From positions 229,873 through 293,872 of the forward strand of contig JARXAD010000001.1 of the NCBI GenBank assembly GCA_029866025.1: a stretch of DNA of 64,000 nt, given 5' to 3'. Positions 30,751 to 40,376 of the stretch are shown piece after piece. Under the pieces are notes generated by a model that did not search any database, was not told where the DNA came from, and worked only from the letters and a program-made list of their open reading frames with translations. The translations under genes were made by a program, and so were the position numbers. The stretch comes from Vampirovibrionales bacterium. Its GTDB lineage: Bacteria; Cyanobacteriota; Vampirovibrionia; Vampirovibrionales; Vampirovibrionaceae. Within the stretch, counting starts at the first letter, position 1; every line of letters starts with the position of its first letter.

Positions 30751-31221
30751 ATGGCTCATCACGGTTCCCGTGTTTTTAACGAAATCAATATCACGCCGTT
30801 GACGGATATTTTTTTGGTGCTGCTCATTATTATGATGGTGGTAGCCCCCATGCTGGATTATCCCGGCATTAAGTTGGCCGTACCTTCCATAGGACCCGAT
30901 GAAACTACTAACCAAGAGCCTAAAACCATTACGGTGCGTATTGCCGCTAGTGGAGATGCTGAATTGGTTCAGGATGGCCAGACACAAGCCGTCACACCCA
31001 TGCTGTTACCCAACCGCTTGCGTGATTTAAAAGCCACGGCTCCCGATGGCCTTGTGATTCAAGTGGATCCCAGCGCTACCCATGAGGCTTTGACCCGTGT
31101 GATGGATGCCGGCCAACAGGCTGGGCTGGAAAAAATTGCCGTCACCCGTTTGGAAGGCGCTGCTCCTCGTTCTGCGGCCATGGCCGAGGATGTGACGGCC
31201 CCCTTGATGGGAGCCCAATAG
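30751..31221 (+). CDS. exbD: ExbD/TolR-family protein (second copy)
   Basis: The N-terminal 30 aa is almost identical to the upstream exbD, including at the nucleotide level; the C-terminal domain has diverged. Confidence 0.75.
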   Translation: MAHHGSRVFNEINITPLTDIFLVLLIIMMVVAPMLDYPGIKLAVPSIGPDETTNQEPKTITVRIAASGDAELVQDGQTQAVTPMLLPNRLRDLKATAPDGLVIQVDPSATHEALTRVMDAGQQAGLEKIAVTRLEGAAPRSAAMAEDVTAPLMGAQ

Positions 31222-31304
31222 GGCTAGGTATTCGCTGGCTATTCGTCTGTGAAGCCAAGCCGGTCGACTTTGCGTCTTCTTATAAGCTGCGCTAAAGTAA
31301 CCCT

Positions 31305-31997
31305 ATGATGACTGCTTCACCTATTGCCTTACCGCCTCATTGGTGGAACTCTTGGGCCAACCGCATCACCGTGGGACGGTTACTGCTTTGTTTTGTGGTG
31401 GTTGCCTTGGTGGTTGCTGCTTCTCCCAAAGCCTTAGCCTGGGCCTTTTGGCTAACCATTGCTGTGATTTGGATGGACGGATTGGACGGCTATGTGGCCC
31501 GTAAGCGGGGCGAAAGCAGCGTGTTGGGCGGTGTGTTAGACATCCTGTCGGATCGCATTGTGGAACAAGTGTACTGGGTTACCTTTGCCGTGTTGTGCTG
31601 GGTGCCGTTGTGGGTTCCCTTGGTGGTGATTACCCGAGGCGTACTGGTGGATGGTGTGCGCAGTGTGGCCTTGCAACATGGTATGGCCGCTTTTGGCGTC
31701 GACTCCATGATGAAAAGCCCGTTGGGGGTTTTCCTGGTGAGTTCTCGTTTTAGCCGGGCCAGCTATGCGGTGTTAAAGGCTGCGGCCTTTGCCTTTGTTA
31801 TTGGCGCTCAATGGGTGCTGGTCAGCCAAGCTCAGTGGTTTGGTTTGTCTTCTCTCAACACATGGAGTTGGGTTCAATCCGTGGCCAATGCCTGCGTATG
31901 GGGCGCTGTATTTTTCTGTGTTGTTCGGGGCTTGCCCGTTCTCTTTCAGCTAAATGAGTTTACCCAGCAGCCCTCTTCATCTTCATCTCCCCCGTAA
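31305..31997 (+). CDS. CDP-alcohol phosphatidyltransferase-family membrane protein
   Basis: Motif DGLDGYVARKRGESSVLGGVLDILSDRIVE (D-G-x2-A-R...G-x3-D-x3-D). Multi-TM. Confidence 0.7.
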   Translation: MMTASPIALPPHWWNSWANRITVGRLLLCFVVVALVVAASPKALAWAFWLTIAVIWMDGLDGYVARKRGESSVLGGVLDILSDRIVEQVYWVTFAVLCWVPLWVPLVVITRGVLVDGVRSVALQHGMAAFGVDSMMKSPLGVFLVSSRFSRASYAVLKAAAFAFVIGAQWVLVSQAQWFGLSSLNTWSWVQSVANACVWGAVFFCVVRGLPVLFQLNEFTQQPSSSSSPP

Positions 31998-32011
31998 AAA
32001 GGTGTGTCCCA

Positions 32012-32605
32012 ATGACCTTGGCCTGTTTTTTAGACCGTGACGGCACCCTGAATCAAGAAAAGGGCTACATTCGCAACGTGGATGACTTGGCCCTCATTGA
32101 GGGGGCGGCCCACGCCGTGAAGCGCCTCAATGACGCCGGTGTGCTGGCTATCCTTACGACCAATCAAACGGGGGCTGCCCGTGGCTTTTATGATGAGGCC
32201 CATATTCAGGCCCTTCATAACCGCCTGGAACAATTGCTGTGGGATGAGGCTGAAGCCAAGCTGGATGCTATTTTTTACTGCCCCCATTATCCCCGTGGTG
32301 TTGTGGAACAGTACGCCACCGAGTGCACTTGCCGTAAACCTGCCATTGCTATGATCACTCAAGCGTGTGAGGCGTTTCCTGCCATTGAGTTAGCCCAAAG
32401 CGTGGTGATGGGGGACAAAGCCAGTGATATTGAGCTGGCCCACAATGCAGGTTGCCAAAGCGTGTTGCTTAAAACCGGTTATGGCCAAGCCGTTTTGGAT
32501 GGCCGCTATCAATCCCTTACCCATCAGCCAACCTGGGTGTGCGATGATGTGCTGGCAGGCGTGGAGACCTTTTTAGCCCCCGCAAAGGCAAGTTTGTTGA
32601 GTTAA
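32012..32605 (+). CDS. HAD-IIIA phosphatase, GmhB (D,D-heptose-1,7-bisphosphate phosphatase)-like
   Basis: FLDRDGTLN (DxDxT), TNQ, and a Zn-binding C..C.C pattern (CPHYP...ECTCRKP). 197 aa. Confidence 0.7.
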   Translation: MTLACFLDRDGTLNQEKGYIRNVDDLALIEGAAHAVKRLNDAGVLAILTTNQTGAARGFYDEAHIQALHNRLEQLLWDEAEAKLDAIFYCPHYPRGVVEQYATECTCRKPAIAMITQACEAFPAIELAQSVVMGDKASDIELAHNAGCQSVLLKTGYGQAVLDGRYQSLTHQPTWVCDDVLAGVETFLAPAKASLLS

Positions 32606-32635
32606 ATGGGCTTGCTTGCTCAATAAGGATTGTTG

Positions 32636-33253
32636 ATGATGACTACTGCCACCGAACCCACGACGCTGTCTCGCCAAGAAGAGTATGTCCAGCGCTACCC
32701 TGACGCTAAAATTCACGAGAGCGCGTATGTAGACGCCCCATGTACTTTGGGCGAAGGTACCCAGGTGTGGCATTTTAGCCATATTTTGGGCCATTGTACC
32801 TTGGGTACCGGCTGCAAAATTGGTCAAAACGTCGTGATTGGTCCACGGGTGACCATTGGCAACAATGTGAAAATTCAAAACAATGTGTCGGTGTATCCGG
32901 GCGTTACATTAGAAGACGACGTGTTTTGCGGGCCCAGCATGGTGTTTACCAATGTGTTTAACCCCCGTAGCGCCGTGGTGCGTAATAGCGATGATGCTTT
33001 TCTAAAAACTCTCGTCAAACGCGGGGCCAGTATTGGGGCCAATGCCACCATTGTGTGTGGCACCACCATTGGGGAATACGCCTTTATTGGTGCCGGTAGC
33101 GTGGTGACCAAAGATATACCCCCTTACGCCTTGGTGTACGGTAACCCAGCCAAACAGCATGGTTGGGCCTGTGTTTGTGGCGAGCCTATCAAGGCTCTGA
33201 CGGCCGGCGCCTTGGTGTGCCCCACCTGCGGACAAACAACCCCCGTTTCTTAA
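32636..33253 (+). CDS. Left-handed beta-helix (hexapeptide-repeat) N-acyltransferase, WbpD/PglD-like
   Basis: Repeated [LIV]-G-x-x-x-x hexapeptides throughout. C-terminal CxxC..CPTCG. AAGGA RBS upstream. Confidence 0.6.
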   Translation: MMTTATEPTTLSRQEEYVQRYPDAKIHESAYVDAPCTLGEGTQVWHFSHILGHCTLGTGCKIGQNVVIGPRVTIGNNVKIQNNVSVYPGVTLEDDVFCGPSMVFTNVFNPRSAVVRNSDDAFLKTLVKRGASIGANATIVCGTTIGEYAFIGAGSVVTKDIPPYALVYGNPAKQHGWACVCGEPIKALTAGALVCPTCGQTTPVS

Positions 33254-33300
33254 AAAGATGGGGTTATGTCTCCGAACTTTTAGTGCCTTGCTTTGTAAGG

Positions 33301-34503
33301 CTAAGCGTGACCGCCCAGGACCTTTTTAAACTTATCCAGCACCGATTCATGCTCACCGCCATGATCCGTGTGGGGGGCTTTGCCGTTTTTCTTTCCGCTG
33401 GGGGTAGTTTTGCCTGTTTCCAATTCGCGCAGCGCTTCCAGCAAATGGCGTTCTTCATGACCCAGCTTGGTGGGCACTTCAATTTGCACCTGCACAAAGT
33501 GATCCCCACGCCGCCCCGGCTGATTGAGAACCGGCACCCCAAAATCGCGTAAGGTAAAGACGTGGCCATTGGCTGTCCCGGCGGGGATGGTAATACTTTC
33601 GCTACCCGAACCTGATTGCGCCAATACCGGCACGGAAATACTGCCGCCCAACGCTAACAAAGCGTAAGACACGGGCTGCACTGACACCACGTTGTAGCCA
33701 TCGCGCTGCAACACGGGATGCTCTTGAATGGTCATGACCAAAAATAAATCGCCACTGGGGCCACCATTGGGGCCGCTATTGCCTTCGCCGGCTACGCGTA
33801 GCTGGGTGCCGCTATCCACACCCGCCGGAACGGTGACGGTAAAGGTGTGCTTGGTTTGAGAACGCCCTTCCCCACGGCACGATTTACAGGGGTTGGTAAT
33901 CATACGGCCACTGCCGTTGCAATTAGGGCAGGCACCCACTTGGGTAAAGTGGCCCAGCAAGGTTTGGGTGGTGTGGCGCACTTGGCCTTGGCCACCGCAC
34001 GTGGTGCACACACTGGGGCCCGCGTTATCGGCTGAACCACTTCCGCTACACGGCTCACACGGCCCTAAGCGAGGCACTGTTACGTCGCGCTTAATGCCAA
34101 AGGCGGCTTCTTCAAAGCTCACCACCAGCTCCATGCGAATATGCTCGCCCTGGTTGGGATTGCGACGACGAGGGGCCCCGTAGCCAAAGTCTCCACCAAA
34201 AAAGGTAGAGAACAAGTCATTCAGGTCTGGAAAACCCTGCATAAAATCCCAGTTGGTTTGGTAGCCGCCGGATTTTAGGCCGTCATGGCCGTACGTATCG
34301 TACACCTGGCGCTTTTGAGGATCGCTCAACACGTCTGCGGCTTCGCCCAATTGCTTGAACATGTCTTCCGCATCGGCAGACGGATTCACATCGGGGTGGT
34401 ATTCTTTAGCCTTTTTACGAAAGGCCTTTTTGATTTCATCAGCGCTGGCACTGCGCGCCACGCCTAAAATATCGTAATAGTCCCGCTGCTGGGTTGAAGA
34501 CAT
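33301..34503 (-). CDS. dnaJ: Chaperone DnaJ (with C-terminal extension)
   Basis: J-domain YYDILGV...[16 protein letters not shown] region. Four CxxCxGxG zinc-finger repeats. Confidence 0.9.
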   Translation of the reverse strand: MSSTQQRDYYDILGVARSASADEIKKAFRKKAKEYHPDVNPSADAEDMFKQLGEAADVLSDPQKRQVYDTYGHDGLKSGGYQTNWDFMQGFPDLNDLFSTFFGGDFGYGAPRRRNPNQGEHIRMELVVSFEEAAFGIKRDVTVPRLGPCEPCSGSGSADNAGPSVCTTCGGQGQVRHTTQTLLGHFTQVGACPNCNGSGRMITNPCKSCRGEGRSQTKHTFTVTVPAGVDSGTQLRVAGEGNSGPNGGPSGDLFLVMTIQEHPVLQRDGYNVVSVQPVSYALLALGGSISVPVLAQSGSGSESITIPAGTANGHVFTLRDFGVPVLNQPGRRGDHFVQVQIEVPTKLGHEERHLLEALRELETGKTTPSGKKNGKAPHTDHGGEHESVLDKFKKVLGGHA

Positions 34504-34567
34504 AAAACATCATCCAAAATAAAGCTAAAAATGGGTTATGAAGAAATGAAATACTCAGGTAAAAAAA

Positions 34568-35197
34568 TTACGCCTCAACAGAGGTAAAGGGGTTGTTGGC
34601 TTGCGCTGCAAATGTAGGCTCGTCGGCTGGTTCTGATGGAGCAACAGCTACGGCCACTTGCGCCACACGAATTACCCGATCGTACAAGGTATAACCGCTT
34701 TGCAACTGGCGCACAATGGTGTTTTCCGCCACATCAGACGTTACCACCTGATCCACAGCCTCGTGGCGAGCAGGGTCAAAGGCTTGGCCTTCGGTCGTCA
34801 TTTTTTTTAGGCCAGTGCTGTCCAGTTCACTCATCAACTGGTTGGCCAGCATGGTAAAGCTTTGGTACAGCAGTTTTGGGTCGCTGGTAGCGGATAAACT
34901 ACTGGCGCCGCGCTCTAAGTTATCCAACACTGGCAACAGGCACTCAATGGTGTTTTGGGCGCCATACTTTAGCAACGCTTCCCGCTCTTGGCGGGTGTTT
35001 TTTCTAAAATTCTCAAAATCCGCCGCCAACCGCAAGTGCTGATCATACAATTCTTTGTAGCGCTCTTCCGCCGTGGGCTCTGGCACCACTTGGGCTTCCG
35101 TCTCACTGGCCGTCTCGGCGGTTACGCCATCGTTCACTGGGATTTCATTGTCTAACATAGAGTCTAGGGAGGCTTCTACGGTGGAATCAAACATCAT
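34568..35197 (-). CDS. grpE: Nucleotide exchange factor GrpE
   Basis: ERYKELYDQHLRLAADFENFRKNTRQERE GrpE signature. Internal ATG-ATG chosen as start (the track start 35296 lies further upstream). Confidence 0.8.
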   Translation of the reverse strand: MMFDSTVEASLDSMLDNEIPVNDGVTAETASETEAQVVPEPTAEERYKELYDQHLRLAADFENFRKNTRQEREALLKYGAQNTIECLLPVLDNLERGASSLSATSDPKLLYQSFTMLANQLMSELDSTGLKKMTTEGQAFDPARHEAVDQVVTSDVAENTIVRQLQSGYTLYDRVIRVAQVAVAVAPSEPADEPTFAAQANNPFTSVEA

Positions 35198-35376
35198 TAC
35201 AGACCTGAGGCTCACGATAATATAATATAGTGCTCTCAGTATAGGCCGCACACGCCCCCAACGCCCGTTCCTTAAGAATCTCTTAAGGGCCGCCAAGGCG
35301 GCTTTTATAACTTGCCCTTTGCGTAGACCCCTTAAATCGTTATGATGGATTCATAGACCAATAGGGGGGAATACGC

Positions 35377-36282
35377 ATGGATTCAACGTTAACTGAGCTG
35401 GCTTGCCAACTTGCACCACAGGCGGTAGCACCAATGGGTACAATTGGTATATGGCAGTTTCTTAAATTACCTGCTGTAAAAGAGGGCTTAAATCAGGCGG
35501 TATCCCCATTTATGCAGCTGTTGGCTTTGTCTTCAAAGGCGGCTACTAACCAATTGATACCTTCGGAGCTGGTGCTTTACGGCATCGCCGATCAGGCGCG
35601 CTCACTGGATAATAAGATTAACTTTATGGTGAAAAACCTTCAACCACTGGCCGTGGCTATTCCAGAGGAAAATCGCCAAGAGCCAGATCCACGGATTTTG
35701 AAGCAGACTTTAAACGCTGTGGATGAAGTTTTTGACGAACCTATGTTGAAAGACATGTTTGCCAATTTGCTGGCTAATGCGATGGATACTCGAACAAGCA
35801 GCGAGGTTCACCCGAGATTTATACAAATAATTAAAGGGTTAATTCCCGATGAAGCAGATTTTTTGTTTCGCTTAAAGACTTATCAAAACCTATTTTTACT
35901 TCAAGCTAATTACAAACCAAAAGATAAGGGATGGCGGCATGCAGGGTGCTCAGTAGAAGATTTTAAAGACTCGGTGCATTATGACCCCATCCAAGTCATA
36001 GAAAGCCTATTAGCTTCTGGCATTATTGAGTCCAGCATTCCATTCGGAAAATATTCTCTGCCAGCACTTGCTGAATTTCAAGCCAGTGATCTTGCACAAG
36101 AATGGTATCAAGAGGAGGAAGAGAAGGCTTTGCGAAAAATGAAAAACGAAGGCTTAACAGATGAGGAGATACAGTTTGTTAAAGGTTATATCCAGCTAAC
36201 CCCTTTTGGAAAAGCCTTTATAAAGGCCGTGCTACCCAAAAACGAAATTACCGACGCCACCCAACCGTTAGAGACACTATAA
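35377..36282 (+). CDS. Hypothetical protein, possibly Abi-alpha (DUF4393)-like; compositionally foreign (about 43% GC)
   Basis: Strong RBS GGGGGGA. The motif DEPMLKDMFANLLANAMD recalls, from memory, an Abi-alpha-like D(D/E)..M...WAKLLAGE segment. A/T-ending codon bias unlike the neighbouring genes. Confidence 0.5.
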   Translation: MDSTLTELACQLAPQAVAPMGTIGIWQFLKLPAVKEGLNQAVSPFMQLLALSSKAATNQLIPSELVLYGIADQARSLDNKINFMVKNLQPLAVAIPEENRQEPDPRILKQTLNAVDEVFDEPMLKDMFANLLANAMDTRTSSEVHPRFIQIIKGLIPDEADFLFRLKTYQNLFLLQANYKPKDKGWRHAGCSVEDFKDSVHYDPIQVIESLLASGIIESSIPFGKYSLPALAEFQASDLAQEWYQEEEEKALRKMKNEGLTDEEIQFVKGYIQLTPFGKAFIKAVLPKNEITDATQPLETL

Positions 36283-36296
36283 AAACCCCTTGGGGT

Positions 36297-37403
36297 TTAG
36301 CCCAGCAGCTTATTGAGGGCGCGAAGCTCCTCGCGAGAAAGCTCGCGGGCTTTGCCGACAGGCAGGTTTTTGAGCTGCACAGGGCCCACGGCCATGCGGC
36401 GCAAGGTCATCACGTGGTAGCCCAACACCTCCAAACTGCGACGAATTTGGCGATTAAGGCCCGTGTGGAGGGTGATGGTGAGGGAACATTCGTCTTCAAT
36501 CACCACCTGATGGGCTTTGGCCACCTGCTCGGTGCCGCGCTCTTCATCCACCAGCACCACGCCGGTTTTTAGTTGCTTTACCGCATCCGGTGCCACGGGT
36601 CGGTTGACCCGCACCCGATACACCTTGGGGCACAAAAACTTGGGGTGCATCAGCTTTTGCAGCAAGTCCCCATCATTGGTCATCAGTAAAAGCCCGCTAG
36701 AGGCCTTATCCAGACGTCCCGCCGGATCACAGGTGTGGTATTTTTTGGGCAACTCATCGTAAATGGTGCGGCGGTCGCGGTCATCACTACGGGTCGTCAG
36801 GGTTCCGGCCGGTTTGTGGAAAGCAATGACCCAGTGCTTGGCCTTGGGCAGGGCATGACCATCCACCAACACAATGTCTTGCGCCGTGACGGTTTGGCCC
36901 ACCTTGGGCGTCTCAAAATTCACCTGTACGCGGCCTTCTTCTATCCAGCGGTCGGCTTCGCGGCGAGAACACATGCCACTGTCGGCAATGGCTTTATTTA
37001 GGCGTTTGGGCACCAAGGGGGCATCACCCACGGCCTTGCGCCGCATGCCCAGTTGGCGTAACCCCATCGGCCTCATTCCTGGTTGCTTGGGCGCACGAGA
37101 ATGGGTCGTGGTCCGAAACGCGCCTAATGTGTTTTTGGGTTTGTTGGCGGGCAGAAAGGCAGGCTCTTTGGTTTCAGCAGCGTCGGGGGGCACCCCTGAT
37201 GGTTTGCAAGAAACAGGCCGACTGGGTCTGCTTTTGGGGCTGCGTTCCGTTACTTTGGCCGAGGTTTTTTTGCCCATGTTGCGGGTGGCTTGAGGCGTGG
37301 AAACCGTTAAGCCCACCTCAGCCGCTTTGGCTTTGGCTGAATACGCCTTGGGAGGCGGCCCTTTGCGGGTGGTTTTGGATGACGCTTTGATGGGTTTTCT
37401 CAT
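36297..37403 (-). CDS. RluB/RsuA-family 23S rRNA pseudouridine synthase with long basic N-terminal extension
   Basis: S4 domain (KRLNKAIADSGMCSRREADRWIEEGRV) and catalytic GRLDKASSGLLLMTNDGDL. Confidence 0.75.
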   Translation of the reverse strand: MRKPIKASSKTTRKGPPPKAYSAKAKAAEVGLTVSTPQATRNMGKKTSAKVTERSPKSRPSRPVSCKPSGVPPDAAETKEPAFLPANKPKNTLGAFRTTTHSRAPKQPGMRPMGLRQLGMRRKAVGDAPLVPKRLNKAIADSGMCSRREADRWIEEGRVQVNFETPKVGQTVTAQDIVLVDGHALPKAKHWVIAFHKPAGTLTTRSDDRDRRTIYDELPKKYHTCDPAGRLDKASSGLLLMTNDGDLLQKLMHPKFLCPKVYRVRVNRPVAPDAVKQLKTGVVLVDEERGTEQVAKAHQVVIEDECSLTITLHTGLNRQIRRSLEVLGYHVMTLRRMAVGPVQLKNLPVGKARELSREELRALNKLLG

Positions 37404-37423
37404 AATCAATGCTTTTTGTTCAG

Positions 37424-38359
37424 TTAGGAAAGAGGTTGGGGAACGGGCTGGCAGGTGGCTTCTGTTACAACGCTGCGAGACAGAAATGTTTGCTGTAGGC
37501 CGCGCACCCAATGTTCCAAACGCGGCACATCAATACCGGGAGAAGTCCTTGGGCCGCCAGTCGAGCTCGTATTTTTCTCAATCACACGCCCCAACAGCAC
37601 CCCTTGGCTTTGTAGCGCCAAACGAGCGCAGGCCATGGGGTCGTCTCCTGCTTCAATCCATAGGGGCAAGGCGGTGTGTTGCGAGAGGGTGTTTAGCAAG
37701 GCTTCAGAAACGTCTTTTTGCTGGCAAATGAAACCTTTGGGTACGGTAAAGGGTAGTTGTTCAAAACCCTGAAGACAAGCTTGAGCGACGTTGGCAAGCG
37801 TTGAAGATTCGTGGATGGCGGTGTTGGGTAACCACTGGGCCGGTGAGATATCAACCATAATCGCCACCGCATCGGCGGGGATTTTCCAAGCATCGTAAGC
37901 CTTTGCTAGAGAAGCCAATTGATTGGAAACGAGACCTTGGTGGGTCATCAGTCCACCCACACCCACAGAGACCCGTAAAAAGGTGGCACCGCTGCCCCAA
38001 GCCACTGCTAACGCCGTAGCTGGTCCTTGGGGGTTGGTAGAAACTCCGACGGATAACCCTACCGGTTTGCCTGTGAGTTGGCGAATGCGGCCAATGGCCT
38101 GAGTAAGCAACACAGCGGCGGCAGGATTAAAAGGTTCAGTGGCGGAAGTATCGGAACACGCCACGAGGATGGCGTCCACGCTGCCGGTGGCTAAGGCCAA
38201 AGCGTCTTGCTCCACGCGGGCCATCCACCGGTTGGCATCACCCTGCCAGCGTAAACTGCCTGACAAGGGCAACACAGTTAAAGTACCCACCACAGGGGTG
38301 TCGGTTCCCAGCCATGGGGCTAGGGAAGAGGCAACAGCATTCGAAGGGCTCAGGGTCAT
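37424..38359 (-). CDS. BtpA/SgcQ-family TIM-barrel protein (tentative)
   Basis: N-terminal VVGTLTVLPLSGS resembles the BtpA hLPLPGSP motif. 311 aa. Confidence 0.45.
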   Translation of the reverse strand: MTLSPSNAVASSLAPWLGTDTPVVGTLTVLPLSGSLRWQGDANRWMARVEQDALALATGSVDAILVACSDTSATEPFNPAAAVLLTQAIGRIRQLTGKPVGLSVGVSTNPQGPATALAVAWGSGATFLRVSVGVGGLMTHQGLVSNQLASLAKAYDAWKIPADAVAIMVDISPAQWLPNTAIHESSTLANVAQACLQGFEQLPFTVPKGFICQQKDVSEALLNTLSQHTALPLWIEAGDDPMACARLALQSQGVLLGRVIEKNTSSTGGPRTSPGIDVPRLEHWVRGLQQTFLSRSVVTEATCQPVPQPLS

Positions 38360-38574
38360 GATCAAATACTACAAAGAGCGAAGAGACTGATCTATTATGA
38401 GGCAAAGGCACAAGACACACGAGATGCCTTCACCTTGCTTGAAACGGTATGCACGTATTGTCCACGGTTTAAGCAGGCAATTGGCTTGTGCTTCTGGGTT
38501 TTCTTATACTACCAGCCTTCATTACGAGCCCTCATGGCCAGCCCCATTTCTTTACCTTCTTTAGGAATTAACTT

Positions 38575-40248
38575 GTGACCACTGCCACCCACACTCCCAA
38601 AAGCCATTCCAGCCTGTTGCCCACCGCCAAGCCGGTGGTGGCCATTATTGGCCGCCCCAATGTGGGCAAGTCCACCTTCGTTAATCGCTTGGTGGGCAAT
38701 CGCCGCGCCATTGTGGATGACCAACCCGGCGTGACTCGTGACCGTGCGTATTACGAAACCGACTGGTGTGGCCACGATTTTTGGGTGGTGGACACAGGCG
38801 GCCTCATCCCCGATTCGGAAGAGTCCTTTGATCCCCTCATTCGCGGGCAAGTGCAATACGCTTTGCACGAAGCCGATGTGGTGGTGTTTTTGGTGGATGG
38901 GCGCGATGGCGTGATGCCAGCCGATCTCATCATTGCCCAAGATTTACGGAAGTTAGCTTTGAATAAGCCCGTCGTGTTGGGCGTTAATAAAATTGACTCT
39001 CCCGAAATGCTGGCCAACGTGTATGAATTCTGTTCCCTCGGTTTGTCGTCCAAAGACCACCCGTGCGAACCTGTGGCGGTGTCGGCCCAGCATGGGTTTG
39101 GTGGTGTGGGCAACCTGCTGGATGAAATTGTGAGCCATTTTGGCAAGCCCAAGTATGTGTTGCAGCAAGAAGCAGAAGCGGCTGCCCAGCTATTGGCCGA
39201 TGAAGCCCCGTTTGCTCCTAGCAATTTTTCAGAAGAAAACGAAGATAGCCTCGATATCCTCGACGATCTCGATAGTGATGATTGGGATGAAGACGAAGAA
39301 GACGGCGATTATGACGATACGGATGGCCCCGAAGTCATTGAAGTGATGTCGGAAGCCCGCCCCATTCCTAAAGTGGCGCTGGTGGGCCGCCCCAATGTGG
39401 GCAAGTCCTCTATCTTTAATGCCTTGGTAGGCCACCCTCGCGTCATTGTCAGCGATATCCCGGGTACCACCCGCGATACCATTCTCACCCGCTTGGTACA
39501 AGACGACGTAGCCTACGACATGCTGGATACGGCTGGGATTCGCCGCAAAGGCAAAGTGGATTACGGCATTGAGTGGTTTTCCGTGGATCGTAGTTTGGAT
39601 GCCATGGAGCAAGCCGATGTGACGGTACTGGTGCTAGATGCCGTGGATGGTGTTACGGATCAAGATAAAACTCTGGCGGATTTGGCCAATCGCAAGGGCC
39701 GCGGTCTGATTGTGGTGGTGAATAAATGGGATCAAGTGCCGGACAAAAACACCAAGTCCTTGGCAGAAATGGAAAAAACCTTCCGTCAGCAGCTGCCCCA
39801 CATTGGGTATGCACCTTTTTTGTTCGTCAGCGCTCTCAAGGGCCAACGGGTCAACTTGCTGCTACCCACCGTGCAACGGGTGATGACCAATACCCGCCGT
39901 CGCATTAGCACCTCTGTGATTAATCAAGTCTTCCGCGAAGCCTTGTCCTATAATCCGCCGCCGCCCTTTAAAAACAAGGTGCTCAACATTTTGTACGCCA
40001 CCCAAGCGGCGGTGGCCCCTCCCACCTTTGTGTTGTTCGTTAACCATCCTAAGTGCCTCAAGCCCGACTATCGTCGGTATTTGGAGCGCAAACTGCGCGA
40101 TAATATTGAGATGGAAGGCTGTCCGCTTCGCTTGTTGGTGCGTGAACGCCAAAAAACCTTAAAGCTTACCGATACCAAATCCCGCAAGGGTGGTAAAGCC
40201 AGTGCTAAGCTAAAGGCAAAATCTACGGCGGCCTTAAAGCAGCCCTAA
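38575..40248 (+). CDS. der: Ribosome-biogenesis GTPase Der (EngA) with acidic inter-domain insertion and basic C-terminal tail
   Basis: Two G domains (VAIIGRPNVGKST; VALVGRPNVGKSS) and a KH-like C-terminus. Acidic linker EDSLDILDDLDSDDWDEDEEDGDYDD. GTG start. Confidence 0.85.
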   Translation: MTTATHTPKSHSSLLPTAKPVVAIIGRPNVGKSTFVNRLVGNRRAIVDDQPGVTRDRAYYETDWCGHDFWVVDTGGLIPDSEESFDPLIRGQVQYALHEADVVVFLVDGRDGVMPADLIIAQDLRKLALNKPVVLGVNKIDSPEMLANVYEFCSLGLSSKDHPCEPVAVSAQHGFGGVGNLLDEIVSHFGKPKYVLQQEAEAAAQLLADEAPFAPSNFSEENEDSLDILDDLDSDDWDEDEEDGDYDDTDGPEVIEVMSEARPIPKVALVGRPNVGKSSIFNALVGHPRVIVSDIPGTTRDTILTRLVQDDVAYDMLDTAGIRRKGKVDYGIEWFSVDRSLDAMEQADVTVLVLDAVDGVTDQDKTLADLANRKGRGLIVVVNKWDQVPDKNTKSLAEMEKTFRQQLPHIGYAPFLFVSALKGQRVNLLLPTVQRVMTNTRRRISTSVINQVFREALSYNPPPPFKNKVLNILYATQAAVAPPTFVLFVNHPKCLKPDYRRYLERKLRDNIEMEGCPLRLLVRERQKTLKLTDTKSRKGGKASAKLKAKSTAALKQP

Positions 40249-40376
40249 GGGGCCCTTAACCAAGCCTAAAGTAATGCGCTTAAGGGCTCTCTCTTGGGAG
40301 AACAGTCGCTTTACGCTATAGTAAAGCTGGTTTTGGTGGAGTCAATCAACCCTTGCTAGCTGGCCTTAGTCTCTGG

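Noticed and set aside
38509-39612. Several minus-strand ORFs (127-157 aa) overlapping der
   Set aside because: They are antisense to the Der GTPase, whose two G domains are unambiguous. They have no independent support.
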